From: Basidiobolus meristosporus CBS 931.73
Lineage: Eukaryota > Fungi > Basidiobolomycota
Assembly: GCA_002104905.1 (NCBI GenBank)
Contig: MCFE01000141.1
Coordinates: 1-64,000 of the forward strand
Length of the DNA: 64,000 nucleotides
Direction of reading: 5' to 3'
The notes beneath the pieces were generated by a model. It ran no database searches. It saw only the letters and a list, made by a program, of their open reading frames with translations, and was not told where the DNA came from. Below are positions 9,277 to 20,762 of this stretch, piece after piece. Position 1 is the first letter of the stretch. Each line of letters begins with the position of its first letter. A program made the position numbers and the translations under genes.

Positions 9277-10650
9277 ATGGGGCTGTCAACCAAGAATATA
9301 TCTTATACGATGAAGCTAAGTGGAGAAGAGCAAGCAGCATTTGACTACCTATCCCCCACCTGGGAGCTAATCCCTGAAATCATCCGCCCAGACGATCAAA
9401 TCTTAAAACAAGCCATTGCCGACCATGTAGTTCAGAACCAAGTCCTGGCCAATGCCCTGGACGGTCGGATGCCCGAGAAAAAGCCGGCTAACCACTTTTC
9501 ACTACGGTCTGGAGCCAGGCTCGCAAAGTCCTCAGAGCTCGGTGACAAAAGTGTGGCCATGGCCTTCCACAACGCAATCACCCGCCTTGAGATGATCGGA
9601 CTGGACCCACTCCAGGATCTGCAGGATTACGGTCTCAACAAAAGCTCGGCCTTCAACAGCTCCTACCTGGCCGAGAACCTCTTTACCGCATTGCCTTTAC
9701 TTGCTGATTGCCTGCATATGACATTTTCGGAGACCGAAAAACTACCTGACTACGGTTACGGAGTTATGTCCATTGAGGAGCACCTGAGTACCAACATTGG
9801 TATCAAGACATCTCTTTGGAAGAGCTATGACTTGGGGCGCCTTGTGTATCTGTTACTAAAAAAGCTGCCCCAAGGCACCACCAGTACCAACGGGCTGATA
9901 GCACCTCTCGAGCACCTTCAGTCACTAACGGCTGAGAAGACCTTTGTACACTATCTGGCACAGAAGACCTTGAAACAGTTGAAGAAAAAGGAGCTACTCC
10001 TCGGCGAGAAAGCGATGAGAGCCCTACGTGACTCCATCACCAAAGCCGTGGAGAACTGGTTTCGTGAGACCTGCCTGCTAGTCCCATACCCAAGAAACCC
10101 GACACTAGATTTGCTCCATTACCGAAAAACTCTTCAGAACACCGTGCTCGTGCACCCGCCTCTACTCTACACACAAAACTGTCCCATTACGCACAAGGAG
10201 CTCGAAGAGGCCATTTTCAGGAAGAAACTAAAGGTATACACGAACAACCGAGCGCTGTTCAAGGAGGAGACTGGCGAGTGCGCGATTCGGCTCCCTTCTT
10301 TAACGGAAGTGAAAAGGGCCCTCGTTCGGGAGGGGCTGTGCTGCGCTACTTCATATGACCTGCTTGTACTACAACTAGCGGTCATCGACTACAACCACAG
10401 ACTCTCCACGAAAGGGCCACTCTCGAGCCTTCCCCACGAATACCTACTCAGCTGCCAGAGACTGTTTGACGAGTCGTGGATGGATATGGTGATAGCCACC
10501 AAGCTTCAGCGACTTTTGTCAGGCATGTACAGTATGACGAGAGAAGAGGACAAGAGGAAGACCCAATGCCCACCCATTCTCGACCCAGTCGAACTCATAC
10601 TTGATTGGATCGTGAAAGCGCCAGATTGGTTCAGCATTTTGCTTAATTAG
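9277..10650 (+). CDS. Orphan ~450-aa family protein, copy 3
   Basis: 457-codon ORF; only 4 aa differences from copy 2 before SGMYSM, then a different C-terminus. Confidence 0.8.
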   Translation: MGLSTKNISYTMKLSGEEQAAFDYLSPTWELIPEIIRPDDQILKQAIADHVVQNQVLANALDGRMPEKKPANHFSLRSGARLAKSSELGDKSVAMAFHNAITRLEMIGLDPLQDLQDYGLNKSSAFNSSYLAENLFTALPLLADCLHMTFSETEKLPDYGYGVMSIEEHLSTNIGIKTSLWKSYDLGRLVYLLLKKLPQGTTSTNGLIAPLEHLQSLTAEKTFVHYLAQKTLKQLKKKELLLGEKAMRALRDSITKAVENWFRETCLLVPYPRNPTLDLLHYRKTLQNTVLVHPPLLYTQNCPITHKELEEAIFRKKLKVYTNNRALFKEETGECAIRLPSLTEVKRALVREGLCCATSYDLLVLQLAVIDYNHRLSTKGPLSSLPHEYLLSCQRLFDESWMDMVIATKLQRLLSGMYSMTREEDKRKTQCPPILDPVELILDWIVKAPDWFSILLN

Positions 10651-10673
10651 GTGTCATTAGTTGGACTGCATAA

Positions 10674-11340
10674 TCATGCGCCAGGAAATGCCCTTGTCGT
10701 GAATTGGAATCGGCATTCAAAGCCCACAGCAGGCGAGACAGTCATTTGTGCTGCGTGCGGGAACGTACACTGTGCACGACACTCTTCGATAACATCCAGG
10801 CCGCACGCGATGACCAGTTGCAACGCTTTGCTGCTGGTCCAACACAGGCGGGTCAAGCTTCTACTAGATTTGAGCACCCTTTTACTGGCTGGTAGGCCCT
10901 CCAGAGAATAAATGACCCAATCTATCTTACCGAAGTCGCCACAAATCATCCCCACTTCATATGCCAGGTCAGCTTCACACTCGAGCCGCAGACTCACGCA
11001 GTGTAAAACTTCGCTTAGCGCTACCACCGCCTTCAAGGTCACACTGAAGTCTGGGGCAGCGCAAAGGCTGTTCCGGCATCCTTCGTCATCCACCGCGTCT
11101 TGCTACGGCCTGGCCAATGAGACTGATGATTCCAGTAGGAATGATATGTAGGCGCGCTCGCTTGCCCCGCCCACCGCGCCAGCCTTCAAGCTGATCGAAA
11201 GTACCACTGAACTATATTTAATAAAGCTATAATAAGGTGTTTCTTGATTCTCAATTATCACTGAGCCGCACGATCACCTGACTCTGGATTTCAAAATTCA
11301 CTCCAGAATATTGGGGTATTCGACCTTTCTAAACGACTGT
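10674..11340 (-). pseudogene. Decayed minus-strand partner downstream of orphan copy 3
   Basis: Ends RAFPGA* like the 4576 module; 11210-11286 is homologous to 8570-8645; appears internally deleted. Confidence 0.3.
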
Positions 11341-11478
11341 TCAATAATCGATAGATCTTTAGATATATGATGTGTAACATGCCTATCTTTCCCGTAAGCC
11401 AGAAATCTCCCGGAGCCGACCCAAAGTTGGGACGAAAAAAAGGGCTCACTGAGAGATACTTCCTTTGTTGTTTCCGTT

Positions 11479-11997
11479 ATGACCGAGAATTGGATTTTGG
11501 CAGGAAGCGAGCTTGAGATTGCGTTCACCAAGGAGGGCTGTAACTCTTGGTCCAAATTTTCTTGCAAAAATATACGGCTACCGAGTGAGTCTGAGTCAGG
11601 AAAAGAGGGGAAACTCGTCAGTGTTGTAAAGAACGGAGAGAAATACCACGCCTTTGATGCGGTAAATATTCCCTGACTCGTCATATTTTGGAAGCCTCCT
11701 ACTCAATAGTGTTGTTAACTGCTGTAGGTTTGCCCACATCGGGGAGCAATGTTAGGCAAGGGCCATATCAATGACATTGAGGATATGGGAATCACTTGGG
11801 GGCAAGCTATTGTTTGTCCGGTACATCATTGGTAACGGAACAACTTGGTTGTTATAACTCAAACTCAACAGCTAACTGAGAAGTATAGGTGGTTCGACCT
11901 GAGTAATGGACAATGTGACCGTGGCCCGCATAAAATCTCCATTTACCCTACCAAAGTCGAAGATGGGAATGTGTTCGTCTCCACCACTCCCATGTAG
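11479..11997 (+). CDS. Small Rieske [2Fe-2S] domain protein (2 introns)
   Basis: Spliced ...YHAFDAVCPHRGAMLGKG...AIVCPVHHWWFDLSNGQC...KVEDGNVFV; CxH and CxxH ligand motifs. Confidence 0.85.
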
Positions 11998-12049
11998 GAA
12001 GCAAGCACTTCACCGATACGGATTAGTTACCAGCAAGAGCATGAGACAT

Positions 12050-12830
12050 CACCCTTCAAACGCACTTCGCATTTCTCAATAAACCATAAGTGTTAGATAT
12101 ACTCCATACCACCTGTCACGTGTCAAATTGCTCTGGGATCGCTGAGCCATACTAGACAGCATGCGCCAACATCCAATGCAGTCGTACTAGATGGGTAAAG
12201 ATATGGGACTTGATCATTCCAGCACAGATATCAAATTGCCTTCCCCAATCTGCCACTTATTTATCGACCCTCACTGCAATGGGTTGGCCAACGGAGCGTC
12301 GCAGTGCGGATTGTTGCCCAGCAAAAACCATTTCCCGAGCATGACAAGGTTGCACAGAGAATGAGGCATGCCACGCCAGTAGGACGATTCCCAGTCAAGC
12401 CAGAGCACGTACAATGCATCACCGTCATCTTCACCATCGCCTCCTGGATCATTTTCCAAGGCTCCGATTGACTACACGTTGGTTTCAGGTGTGCATGTTT
12501 TAGCACCCTTCCCAAGAATGGCTGCATCGGGTCACATTGGATATATTCTAAATCCGTTAACGCTCTGAAGAATCCGTGTACCTCGAAATCATGCACCCTG
12601 TTTTCCTCAGAGCAATCCCCCTAAACCCCGATGGGTGCAAATGGTGGAAGTTGGATGGTCCCGTTAGTAACAATCTGCAGATCCGCAAATAGGGAACGTT
12701 AGACCCTCACGTCACTCGCCCAGCGCAATAAATCCGGCGCCAATGACTGACCATTCGCCCTCCTATCACGGTGGGTGATGGATTTGTAGGGCGCTTTCTG
12801 GCCATTCAGCCGAAGAAAACAATGCATTGC
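12050..12830 (-). pseudogene. Possible degenerate intron-containing gene of unknown family
   Basis: Exon-like blocks bounded by GTGAGG/GTACAC..AG; in-frame stop; no recognisable motif. Confidence 0.2.
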
Positions 12831-13103
12831 TGCATCAGGCGTCGCTCCATAAATTGAGGCCGGCTGATCATGAAGCTAGGTCGGCATCCATGCGGGCAAT
12901 CTTACACGCTACGATGGATTGGACTGCGAAGGAATTGGGTCAGCCACGGATCATCTCCGCCGATATTGGCAATCAGCATGCCTCCCAGTAATGCTCCTTT
13001 TGAATGTCACTGGCAGACACTGCAATCGAGGAAACCGTTCGATTGGAAATTAAAATAACCTCCTTTATTATTATTAAATTATTCCTACTTCAGATATGCT
13101 TGT

Positions 13104-13841
13104 TTAATAGAATGTTAAGAAACCAACAATGGGCAAGAGAGTCCACAGGGCGTTGGATGCAGCCAATCCGTTACCATCGTTCTTGGTTGAGGAGATGGTG
13201 CTCAGAGGCTCGGAGGCGGGCTTCGAAACGGAAGCGCCAACTGCCGATGGAGTGATGATGGCCTGAGAGGGCGATGCCAAAGTAGCCTGGGAAGTCTTCA
13301 GAGAGGAGGAAGAAGCCTGAACGGAGGTGCTGACCGAGCTTGCTGAATGTTGAGCGGAAGTGGTGGTGGTAATGTTCGCAAAGGAGATAGGAACACTAGC
13401 AGTTGGGCTAGCCAACTGGCCAGTTCCGACAGTAGATGGCGATGGCTGGGTGCTATCAGAGTTGGTAATGGTAAAGCGGGTGGACCAGAAAAGAGTGGGC
13501 TCCTCGGGGTTGGTTGCGTTGGGCGCGGTAAAACGAAGGAAGTAAATCTTACCGTATGGTGTGACATCGGGGACAACGTACTCAAGAGAGGTGGTTGTGC
13601 CAGCAACATTGCTAGCAATCACTGCTAGTTTGGTTTGCTTCATGTCGGACCCAGTGTAGAGAGCCACTTCGAATGGCTCGATCTTACTGAGAGGAGGCTG
13701 CTGCTCATTGTCACTCCAAGAGATGGTTACTTTACTGCCGACCTTCCAGACAGTGTCACCAACAGGAGTAGAAGGGTATATTCCAGCATGGGCGACACCA
13801 GTGAGGCCCATGAGCAAAGCAGATAGCAAGGAGAACTTCAT
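13104..13841 (-). CDS. Secreted Ser/Thr-rich, probably GPI-anchored protein with Kre9/KNH-like N-terminal Ig-like domain
   Basis: Signal peptide; P..GDTVWKVG..VTISW..D; LYTG; YFLRF; S/T stalk; hydrophobic C-terminus after NG. Confidence 0.9.
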   Translation of the reverse strand: MKFSLLSALLMGLTGVAHAGIYPSTPVGDTVWKVGSKVTISWSDNEQQPPLSKIEPFEVALYTGSDMKQTKLAVIASNVAGTTTSLEYVVPDVTPYGKIYFLRFTAPNATNPEEPTLFWSTRFTITNSDSTQPSPSTVGTGQLASPTASVPISFANITTTTSAQHSASSVSTSVQASSSSLKTSQATLASPSQAIITPSAVGASVSKPASEPLSTISSTKNDGNGLAASNALWTLLPIVGFLTFY

Positions 13842-16095
13842 GGCTAGCGAGAAGGGATGGATGTTTCTTCGATGGAGCCCTCATCGCGAGTATTTATAGG
13901 GAGGCCAACCGGATCCACCGTTCATCCAGGAATTTCTCGTCATTTTCAACAGTTCCACAAAATTCATTTGCAAATTGCTGTATAAACGTGCTTAAAATAC
14001 CTCTGGCTGCTAATAGAGATCATTAGCCCAATGCCAATGAGGATTTGGATGGAGGCCAGCGCTAAAATGAATTGATGTCCAGAGAAAAAGGGAAAATGGT
14101 AGCCAACAATCGTTACACGGGAGGTGCATTACATATATTTTCGAAACCATATTTATTTCAGGATTTAGAGCAACTCCCAGCGCGATGATTGGATCCGCCC
14201 ATGTAGGTTGGTAACTGATGCTACATTCAATTCACACCGTTACCAAAGCAGTGTCGGTCATGCACCGTTTGGAGCCTCCTCGATCGTCCAGACCTTCGCC
14301 AGGAGTAGACTTGGTAAGCTTGACTGTAGGCGCGACTGGGATCGTTGCGTAATAGACCTCCATTCAGGTCGGCAGCCGATTGTTCAGTGGGAATGGGATA
14401 TATAGGGCAGGGTGGTGGGCGTCGGACAGGTTCTTGGGCGGGTTTGGCTGGATACTCAATGAGCTAATCTAGAGGAGGGTCAACGTAATTGTGTGCCAAC
14501 CTGTTTCCTTAATCCAAATTCAGGGATACATAGGGCCAGGATACTTAAACCCTCAGGGATCCAATCTCCCATGGCGCTAGTGAATGGATAGCCCGCAGCC
14601 ACCCTCCAGATTGTTGGTACAGGAGTGATGATGTTGTGGGATGCGCGCCAGATCATTGTTGGCGCATTAAATGATGACAGGAGCTTAGATGCCTTGATGT
14701 AATGCTCCGTTGGAGTGCGATGTGGATAACGACTGTATGCAAGGGAGATGAAAACCTCAATCTACTGATGCCGATTAGGGAATCCAATGACGCAGGCCGG
14801 CCATGAATTTGGCCTCATCATGCCTGCGCAATACCTAATGCATCGTTGCGGCGGGCGGCGTAGATGCCTACGCACCTGGATGGGTATTTGGGGAGTCGCT
14901 CCCACCTATGATGACAGTGAAGCCCAACCCTGCTAGCCATCCGCCTTGCCCATAGACGCGTTGCCGCAAGCTTCCTCGTCAGCCTTAAGCAGCAATTCTG
15001 GGTGTATATCCTAAAAACTGGCTATATCGAGGGAGCATGCATTTGCTGATCCGTGTTGCCTAGATTGATGGAAGATGGAGCACTAATACCTGCGTATCAC
15101 CTGAATTTCGGAGTTCAATCTTGCCTCGATATTCAAGATCTTCAGCTGTTATTGCTACTTGATTCACATTTAAGGCTCCTTTATTGGTGCCTATTTGTCA
15201 TATATAAGCCGAGCCAATCATCCGTATTGCACTACATTTCCAGCATACGAACACTACACAAAGCCACTTTACCCATATCTGCGTTGAACCTGTATTCAGC
15301 CGGTATAGAAGCTCGGCATACGGCTCTGAGCCTTCAGTTGATCAACGGGTTGAGGGTGTTGCTGCTATGCGTTGAGCCTTCGATATGGAGGCGGTGGTTA
15401 CCAGTGCGCCCACGCCGGCCAATCCAAGCTGCGCTGGAATGCATTAAATGATTGGCCAATATGAATAGTAACAAAGACACTTGCGGGTGGTAGCACAGCT
15501 CGAACTGTCGAGGGAACAACAGCATGGGACACATGCAATGGGCTGATACTTCTAACCCCTCTCGTCCGGATAAGAGCCGGTACACATTACCACTCGAGAG
15601 ATCTGCCTGACGTACTATCACTCACAATGGGGAAAAGGGTGCACAATCTCAACCATATCATGCTGCGTACGTACAGAAATCAGCAATTGCTTGAAGATCC
15701 CGATAGCGATTGGCTCTCTTTCCTACTTATATGAAGTATTCAGTATCTCCACATGAGGATGTGCAAAAACGAAACTGGATATCCATCGTATTCACTAGAG
15801 CGCGTCTTTACATCACCAGACATCTGCTTGCCCTCACCGAGCTGTCAGACGATGGGAAGGGTTAGGGTTGGCAATTTGCAGTTGGAGATTTTCGAAATGC
15901 CCCAATCCCAACCAGCATTGGTTGATTTTCATCCATCAGTCATGTGACTCCCCGCAACCATTGAAAAAGGGGCATTTTTCTGCCGGGATCAGTATTTTAT
16001 TGCGGAGGGACACAACTTGGCTTCGTGGTTGCCTTTTAATATTCTTATGTATTTTCCACATTGCTCTATTGAGAGAGAAGCGAGCGTTAACCGAT

Positions 16096-17193
16096 ATGTT
16101 AACTTCCATTGATTGCGTGAAGAATTTCGCTCAAATTAGATCCTTCTTCCAGATAACCAGCAGGAATTTATACTACCGGAGGCTGTTCAACCCCCAGTCG
16201 AGGTTTCTAACGAGGAGTGCTTTTCTCAGAAATTCCTTCGAAACAGAGCTCACCGAGCCCACAACCAACAGTGCAACAAAAAAGTCAGCTCTTCCAGAAA
16301 AAGGGACGAAAAGGGCTGTGGAAAAGAAAGGAGGTGTTTGGAGCAAAGAGGAGACTAGACTGCTATTAGAGCTTGTTGAGAAACATGACCACAACTGGGT
16401 TTCGATCGCTGCGCAAATACCAGGCCGAACCCATACCCAATGTGCCGCGCATTATACTCAGAAGTGCAATCCCTCTTTCAAAAAGGGCCGTTGGACTGTG
16501 GAGGAGGTGGAGAAGTTAACCGAGTTGGTAAAGCTTTACGGGCCGAAATGGACGCTGTTCAGCAAGATTCTCAATCGGTATCCGGCGCAAATCCGTTCCA
16601 GATGGATCAAATGCGACTCGCCGAACACCAAAATACGTAAATGGAGCGTCAAGGAGAAGAACCGGCTGAATACGTTGGTCAACATACATGGCGAGGACTG
16701 GGAAACCTTGCACAAAGAGTTTCCCAATTACCACAAGCCCCAGATTCGGAGAATATGGAGAGAGGAGCTAACGCCCGAGTTAAAGAGAGGCCCATGGACA
16801 ATCGACGAAGATCTGACCCTGCGGGAGCGGTTTCACAACACGCCCAATCGCTGGGCAGAGATTGCGAAAGGCATCCCTGGGCGAAATCCAGCCCAGTGCC
16901 GAACCCGTTGGAAGCTTGCGTTAGATCCCAACATTAACTTTGAGCCCTGGACTGCAGAGGAGTTAGATACTCTTCTGGAGCAGATCGCCATAAATGGTCG
17001 ATGCTGGGAAGTCATCTCTCGCAGCATACCAGGACGAAGCCCACAACAATGCCGCCAGCGAGCAAAGATGGTTAGCAACAGAGGGTTGGGTGCTCTTATT
17101 GTCGCCAACTCGATGGGACGCTATGTACATTATGGCTGGTCGGATAGTGCTGAGTTTGAGCGGTGCTTTGCAGGTAAATCATTGGATTCCTAG
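16096..17193 (+). CDS. Multi-repeat Myb/SANT protein (~6 repeats); probable start Met at 16096
   Basis: Repeated W-x(18-19)-W-x(18)-W/Y units, e.g. WSKEETRLLLELVEKHDHNWVSIAAQIPGRTHTQC and GPWTIDEDLTL...RWAEIAKGIPGRNPAQCRTRW. Confidence 0.9.
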   Translation: MLTSIDCVKNFAQIRSFFQITSRNLYYRRLFNPQSRFLTRSAFLRNSFETELTEPTTNSATKKSALPEKGTKRAVEKKGGVWSKEETRLLLELVEKHDHNWVSIAAQIPGRTHTQCAAHYTQKCNPSFKKGRWTVEEVEKLTELVKLYGPKWTLFSKILNRYPAQIRSRWIKCDSPNTKIRKWSVKEKNRLNTLVNIHGEDWETLHKEFPNYHKPQIRRIWREELTPELKRGPWTIDEDLTLRERFHNTPNRWAEIAKGIPGRNPAQCRTRWKLALDPNINFEPWTAEELDTLLEQIAINGRCWEVISRSIPGRSPQQCRQRAKMVSNRGLGALIVANSMGRYVHYGWSDSAEFERCFAGKSLDS

Positions 17194-18799
17194 CAACAAC
17201 CACGATGGAGAGATTGTTCGCACAAACCTGCTGAATATGCCAAGCTCATCCATACTCTTACATACCCATTCTTAACACTTTCATATGAAACGACCAGCAT
17301 ACATAAGCATTAGACTTTTATCGTTATTAAAGAGATTACCATGTACCAAAGCATATCACGACAGCCACGTGCGGTTTGCCAATGGACCTATTGACTGTTT
17401 GTCTGTGTTGGGTTTGTCTGGGTGTGTTGGAAGTGGATACGGTGGGAGCTTATATCTGGTGGAATAGGAGTAAGCGTGTACGCGTCTTTGCTCTGTAGAA
17501 AACCAGCGTTGGGTGGCTTCGTGGTGCTAATCAAGGAGGGCAGTCGCGCCAACGGGATTGAATACAGTTGCCATATTGGGATCCACAGAAACCATTGAAT
17601 GTGTATGTAAATGGGAAGATGATCCAACTGGAGCCTTGTGGTTAGCAAGCACGTTAACCTGACTAAATCAAGTCCAACTCCACAACCTTACATAACCTTA
17701 GGCCTGTGGTTTTGGTGGGAAATGGAAGGTCGTGACACTGAAAAGCATCTGGGAAATCCCATTTTTGAGTGATTATGCGGAATTCGCACTTGAAGATAGA
17801 GGGATGCCTCCCCATAACACGCGTGTCTATATTTAGGTTTATTGTGTCCATAAAAGCTGGGTTGTTGGGATGCTTTGAAGCGGCGCAGGTAGCAGTGGAT
17901 TGGGAACGGCCACTGTGCTGAGGTATCAGGCCAAAAACATCCACCTATTCCACGAGCATAAGCAGCCGGCTCGAATTAGGCGTGAGGTGCCTGTGCCGTC
18001 TGTATATGTAAACACTTGCTCTTCGTAAGGGACTGTAGATGATACAGCTCCCACTATGTCCGGCGCGTCGGCTTGGCTTGGCGCCGGTTGGATAGGTAGG
18101 TCTGGAAGGGATAAGCTGCATTATCTTCGCTTCTCGCAGACTACTCATAAGCAACGCCAGTGGTAGCAGATACAGCGCCAACTCGATGAATGCTGGAGTT
18201 ATTTTTAGATTCGCATCAGCTGTGCGCTGCATAAAGATGGCTATAAGCTTTTCGTAATTCAATTTAACTACGCCCAGCAAAAATGGCAGCAATGACAAAT
18301 TTGTGCCCAATATGGATGAGCGTCGCGTCATGGTCTTCGATCTTCTCGTTATGGGTGGCCCAGAGTAGGGTAGCCTGCCAATGGTGGCCACCAGCTAGGT
18401 ACTAGGTCTTTGGCAGTGCAGGGCACAGCCTTCCTAGATGGCGATATGCTATGCCATCATGTCCTAAAACAACCTTCGTGATTGCTTCTAACATTTAAGC
18501 TTGCTCTATATTCCGCACTCGTAGGTCATGATACCAATCTCAGAAGATTCTGCTTGTGGGTAGCACATCCTTCTGCTGTGATTGGCGTGCTTTGGTTGCT
18601 ACTATAGGTAGTGGAATATATGAGTTTGAATTGCATAGAAATTCGGAAATTGCTCTCAGCAATTCACCCAGTATAGTTAGCCTCCGTTTGGTTCGTCATT
18701 TCCCAAGCAACATTCTTCTTCTTCGGACCTATATATAAACCCGCCAACCCGGTGTTCTTCGCAACCATTCGTCCCTAAAGCCCCGTTCGTTCTCACATC

Positions 18800-19681
18800 A
18801 TGAAAGCCTCCCTTTTCCTTCTCTCGACCGTTCTAAGTGCCATCGGCATCATCGATGCCGCCATCTACCCGGTTAACCCTACCGGAGAGACTGTATGGAA
18901 GGTTGGCACCTCAGTTCAGATCGAATGGAAAGACAATGATGCTCCTCCCAGTCTCGCTACCTTGAAGCCGTTTACCGTGGATCTCTACACTGGCCTGGAC
19001 ATGACACAGCTCAAGCTAGCCAACATAGCAACTAATATCACCTCGAAAACCACCTCGTTACAGTACACCGTCCCTGATGTCGCTCCTTACGGAAAGCTCT
19101 ACTTCTTGCGGTTCACTGCTCCTAATCCTAAAGACTCTCAGAGCCCGTACTACTACTGGACTACCCGATTCACCATCACCGACGGTGACAGCACTGTTCC
19201 ATCACCATCCACTGCTGGGACCGGAAGTTTAGTATCCCCTACAGCATCCTCCGATCCCGTTTCTCAAAGTTCTACAATGACTACTGAAAGCGGAAGTAAG
19301 TCGTTAAGCACCTCTACCCACTTCAGTTCATCCAGCGCCAACACCATTGAAACTCCCAGTTCGAGCACTGTCTCCACGGAGAAGCCAGCAGCCAGCAGCA
19401 CAAGCTCGATGGAAAGCTCCACTACTGTATCATCCACTTGGTCTACTGATCTTCATACACTGTCGTCTGTTTCCTCCACGACTGCCGATGCAGCTACATC
19501 TTCTGTAACCGTGCAGCCCTCAGTAACCGGCCAACCTTCCGCAACCAACCAGCCCGAATCTTCAGCCACGGTATCCCCTTCCTCGACTCCAACTGCTACA
19601 CCCAATGGGGGAACCTCCATTGTGTTCGTGGCCTCAACCTGGTCGGTGGTTTTGGGTGTCATTTCATACTTCCTAATCTGA
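18800..19681 (+). CDS. Second Kre9/KNH-like Ser/Thr-rich GPI protein, paralogue of 13104-13841
   Basis: Same N-terminal domain (IYP..P.G.TVWKVG, LYTG.DM.Q.KLA, VPDV.PYGK.YFLRFTAP); longer S/T stalk; TATATAAA at ~18732. Confidence 0.9.
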   Translation: MKASLFLLSTVLSAIGIIDAAIYPVNPTGETVWKVGTSVQIEWKDNDAPPSLATLKPFTVDLYTGLDMTQLKLANIATNITSKTTSLQYTVPDVAPYGKLYFLRFTAPNPKDSQSPYYYWTTRFTITDGDSTVPSPSTAGTGSLVSPTASSDPVSQSSTMTTESGSKSLSTSTHFSSSSANTIETPSSSTVSTEKPAASSTSSMESSTTVSSTWSTDLHTLSSVSSTTADAATSSVTVQPSVTGQPSATNQPESSATVSPSSTPTATPNGGTSIVFVASTWSVVLGVISYFLI

Positions 19682-20432
19682 TTGCATGTCTAAATGTACC
19701 GCCCCCACACCTTTACTGTATTACATGAAATTTAATAAGCATTCAGTCATTGATGCTTCCTTAATATTCGACCAAATAAATCCTAAGGTTCAAATAGACT
19801 GGCGTAGCGGTATTTTCCAAAGGATACGCCAGCCTTCGTCGAGGCGCGGGGATGTCACGAATCACGCGGGTAGCATACGCTAAACAATGAGCCGTCTTAT
19901 CATCAGCTCAGAGGGATCGTGATGCACTATATCTATAACTGCTGATATTCGGTCAGGTGTTTTCGCAAGCTGTCACCAGTCTACAGCGCACTGAGATGAG
20001 GGAGGGGATATCACACAACAATAGTCATGGCGCTCACCCAAGTTATGTAGCCCTCTGGAGCCAGCTTTCCTGGCCCTGCTCCGTGACCTAAGAACCGAAT
20101 CAAGTTGAAATGTATCAAGCCTGGAATACTTCAATAGTATGGCGAGAAACGTTGCGGTTCCACTTGGACTGCTACTTAGAGGAATGATCCACGGTGACTG
20201 TCTTGCCTGTAGAGATAAGTTACTGCACGCAGGCCAATCTACTCTAGAGTTACAGCAGATGGAGTATTCGTCATACACCAGTAACGACTACTGTAGCAGT
20301 ACCAGGTCAGCGAAAAGAGCAGCAACCGACAACTTTCGAAGGTTGGGATGATTTATTCAGAACATATATAGAATAGTTTATATTACAAATATAACTTAGT
20401 ATAAAGACTAGGCCGGGGTCGGTTTCGGTTGG

Positions 20433-20762
20433 TTACTCCACAGCTCCTTGAGGACGCTCCATCTCTTCTCTCTGTGGGTGCGAGAAACCTTTCACGGCGC
20501 CGTGGTTCAAAATGTACTCAACGACCTGGGAATCTTGCGAGGTCCCGAAGACCTTTTCAAGCTCGCCCTTGCTAGGGGCAATTACAACGCCGGTGCTTCC
20601 GCCCGTGCGGTTCGAATAGATGTTGTAGGCCTGGATGACATCATTGACGGGCACCGACTTGTCGTCTTTCCATTCGTCGTAGATGTCGGAGTGAACGTAG
20701 ACAAAAAACTCCTTCTCGGACTTGGATTGATCTTGATAGACAACTTTCTGCGTAGCGACCAT
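20433..20762 (-). CDS. SBDS N-terminal-domain small protein (Rtc3/YHR087W-like)
   Basis: 109 aa; FFVYV...Y.EWK.DKSVP..DV......G..G....PSKGELEKVFGT...VVEYIL.HG pattern. Confidence 0.82.
   Translation of the reverse strand: MVATQKVVYQDQSKSEKEFFVYVHSDIYDEWKDDKSVPVNDVIQAYNIYSNRTGGSTGVVIAPSKGELEKVFGTSQDSQVVEYILNHGAVKGFSHPQREEMERPQGAVE

Noticed and set aside
10674-11093. 139-aa minus-strand ORF as an intact gene
   Set aside because: Comparison with 4570-4830 suggests a deletion fusing exon and intron sequence; no Met start or motif
15868-16095. N-terminal 76 codons of the 441-aa Myb ORF
   Set aside because: Begins at TTG and looks like translated UTR; the ATG at 16096 is more plausible
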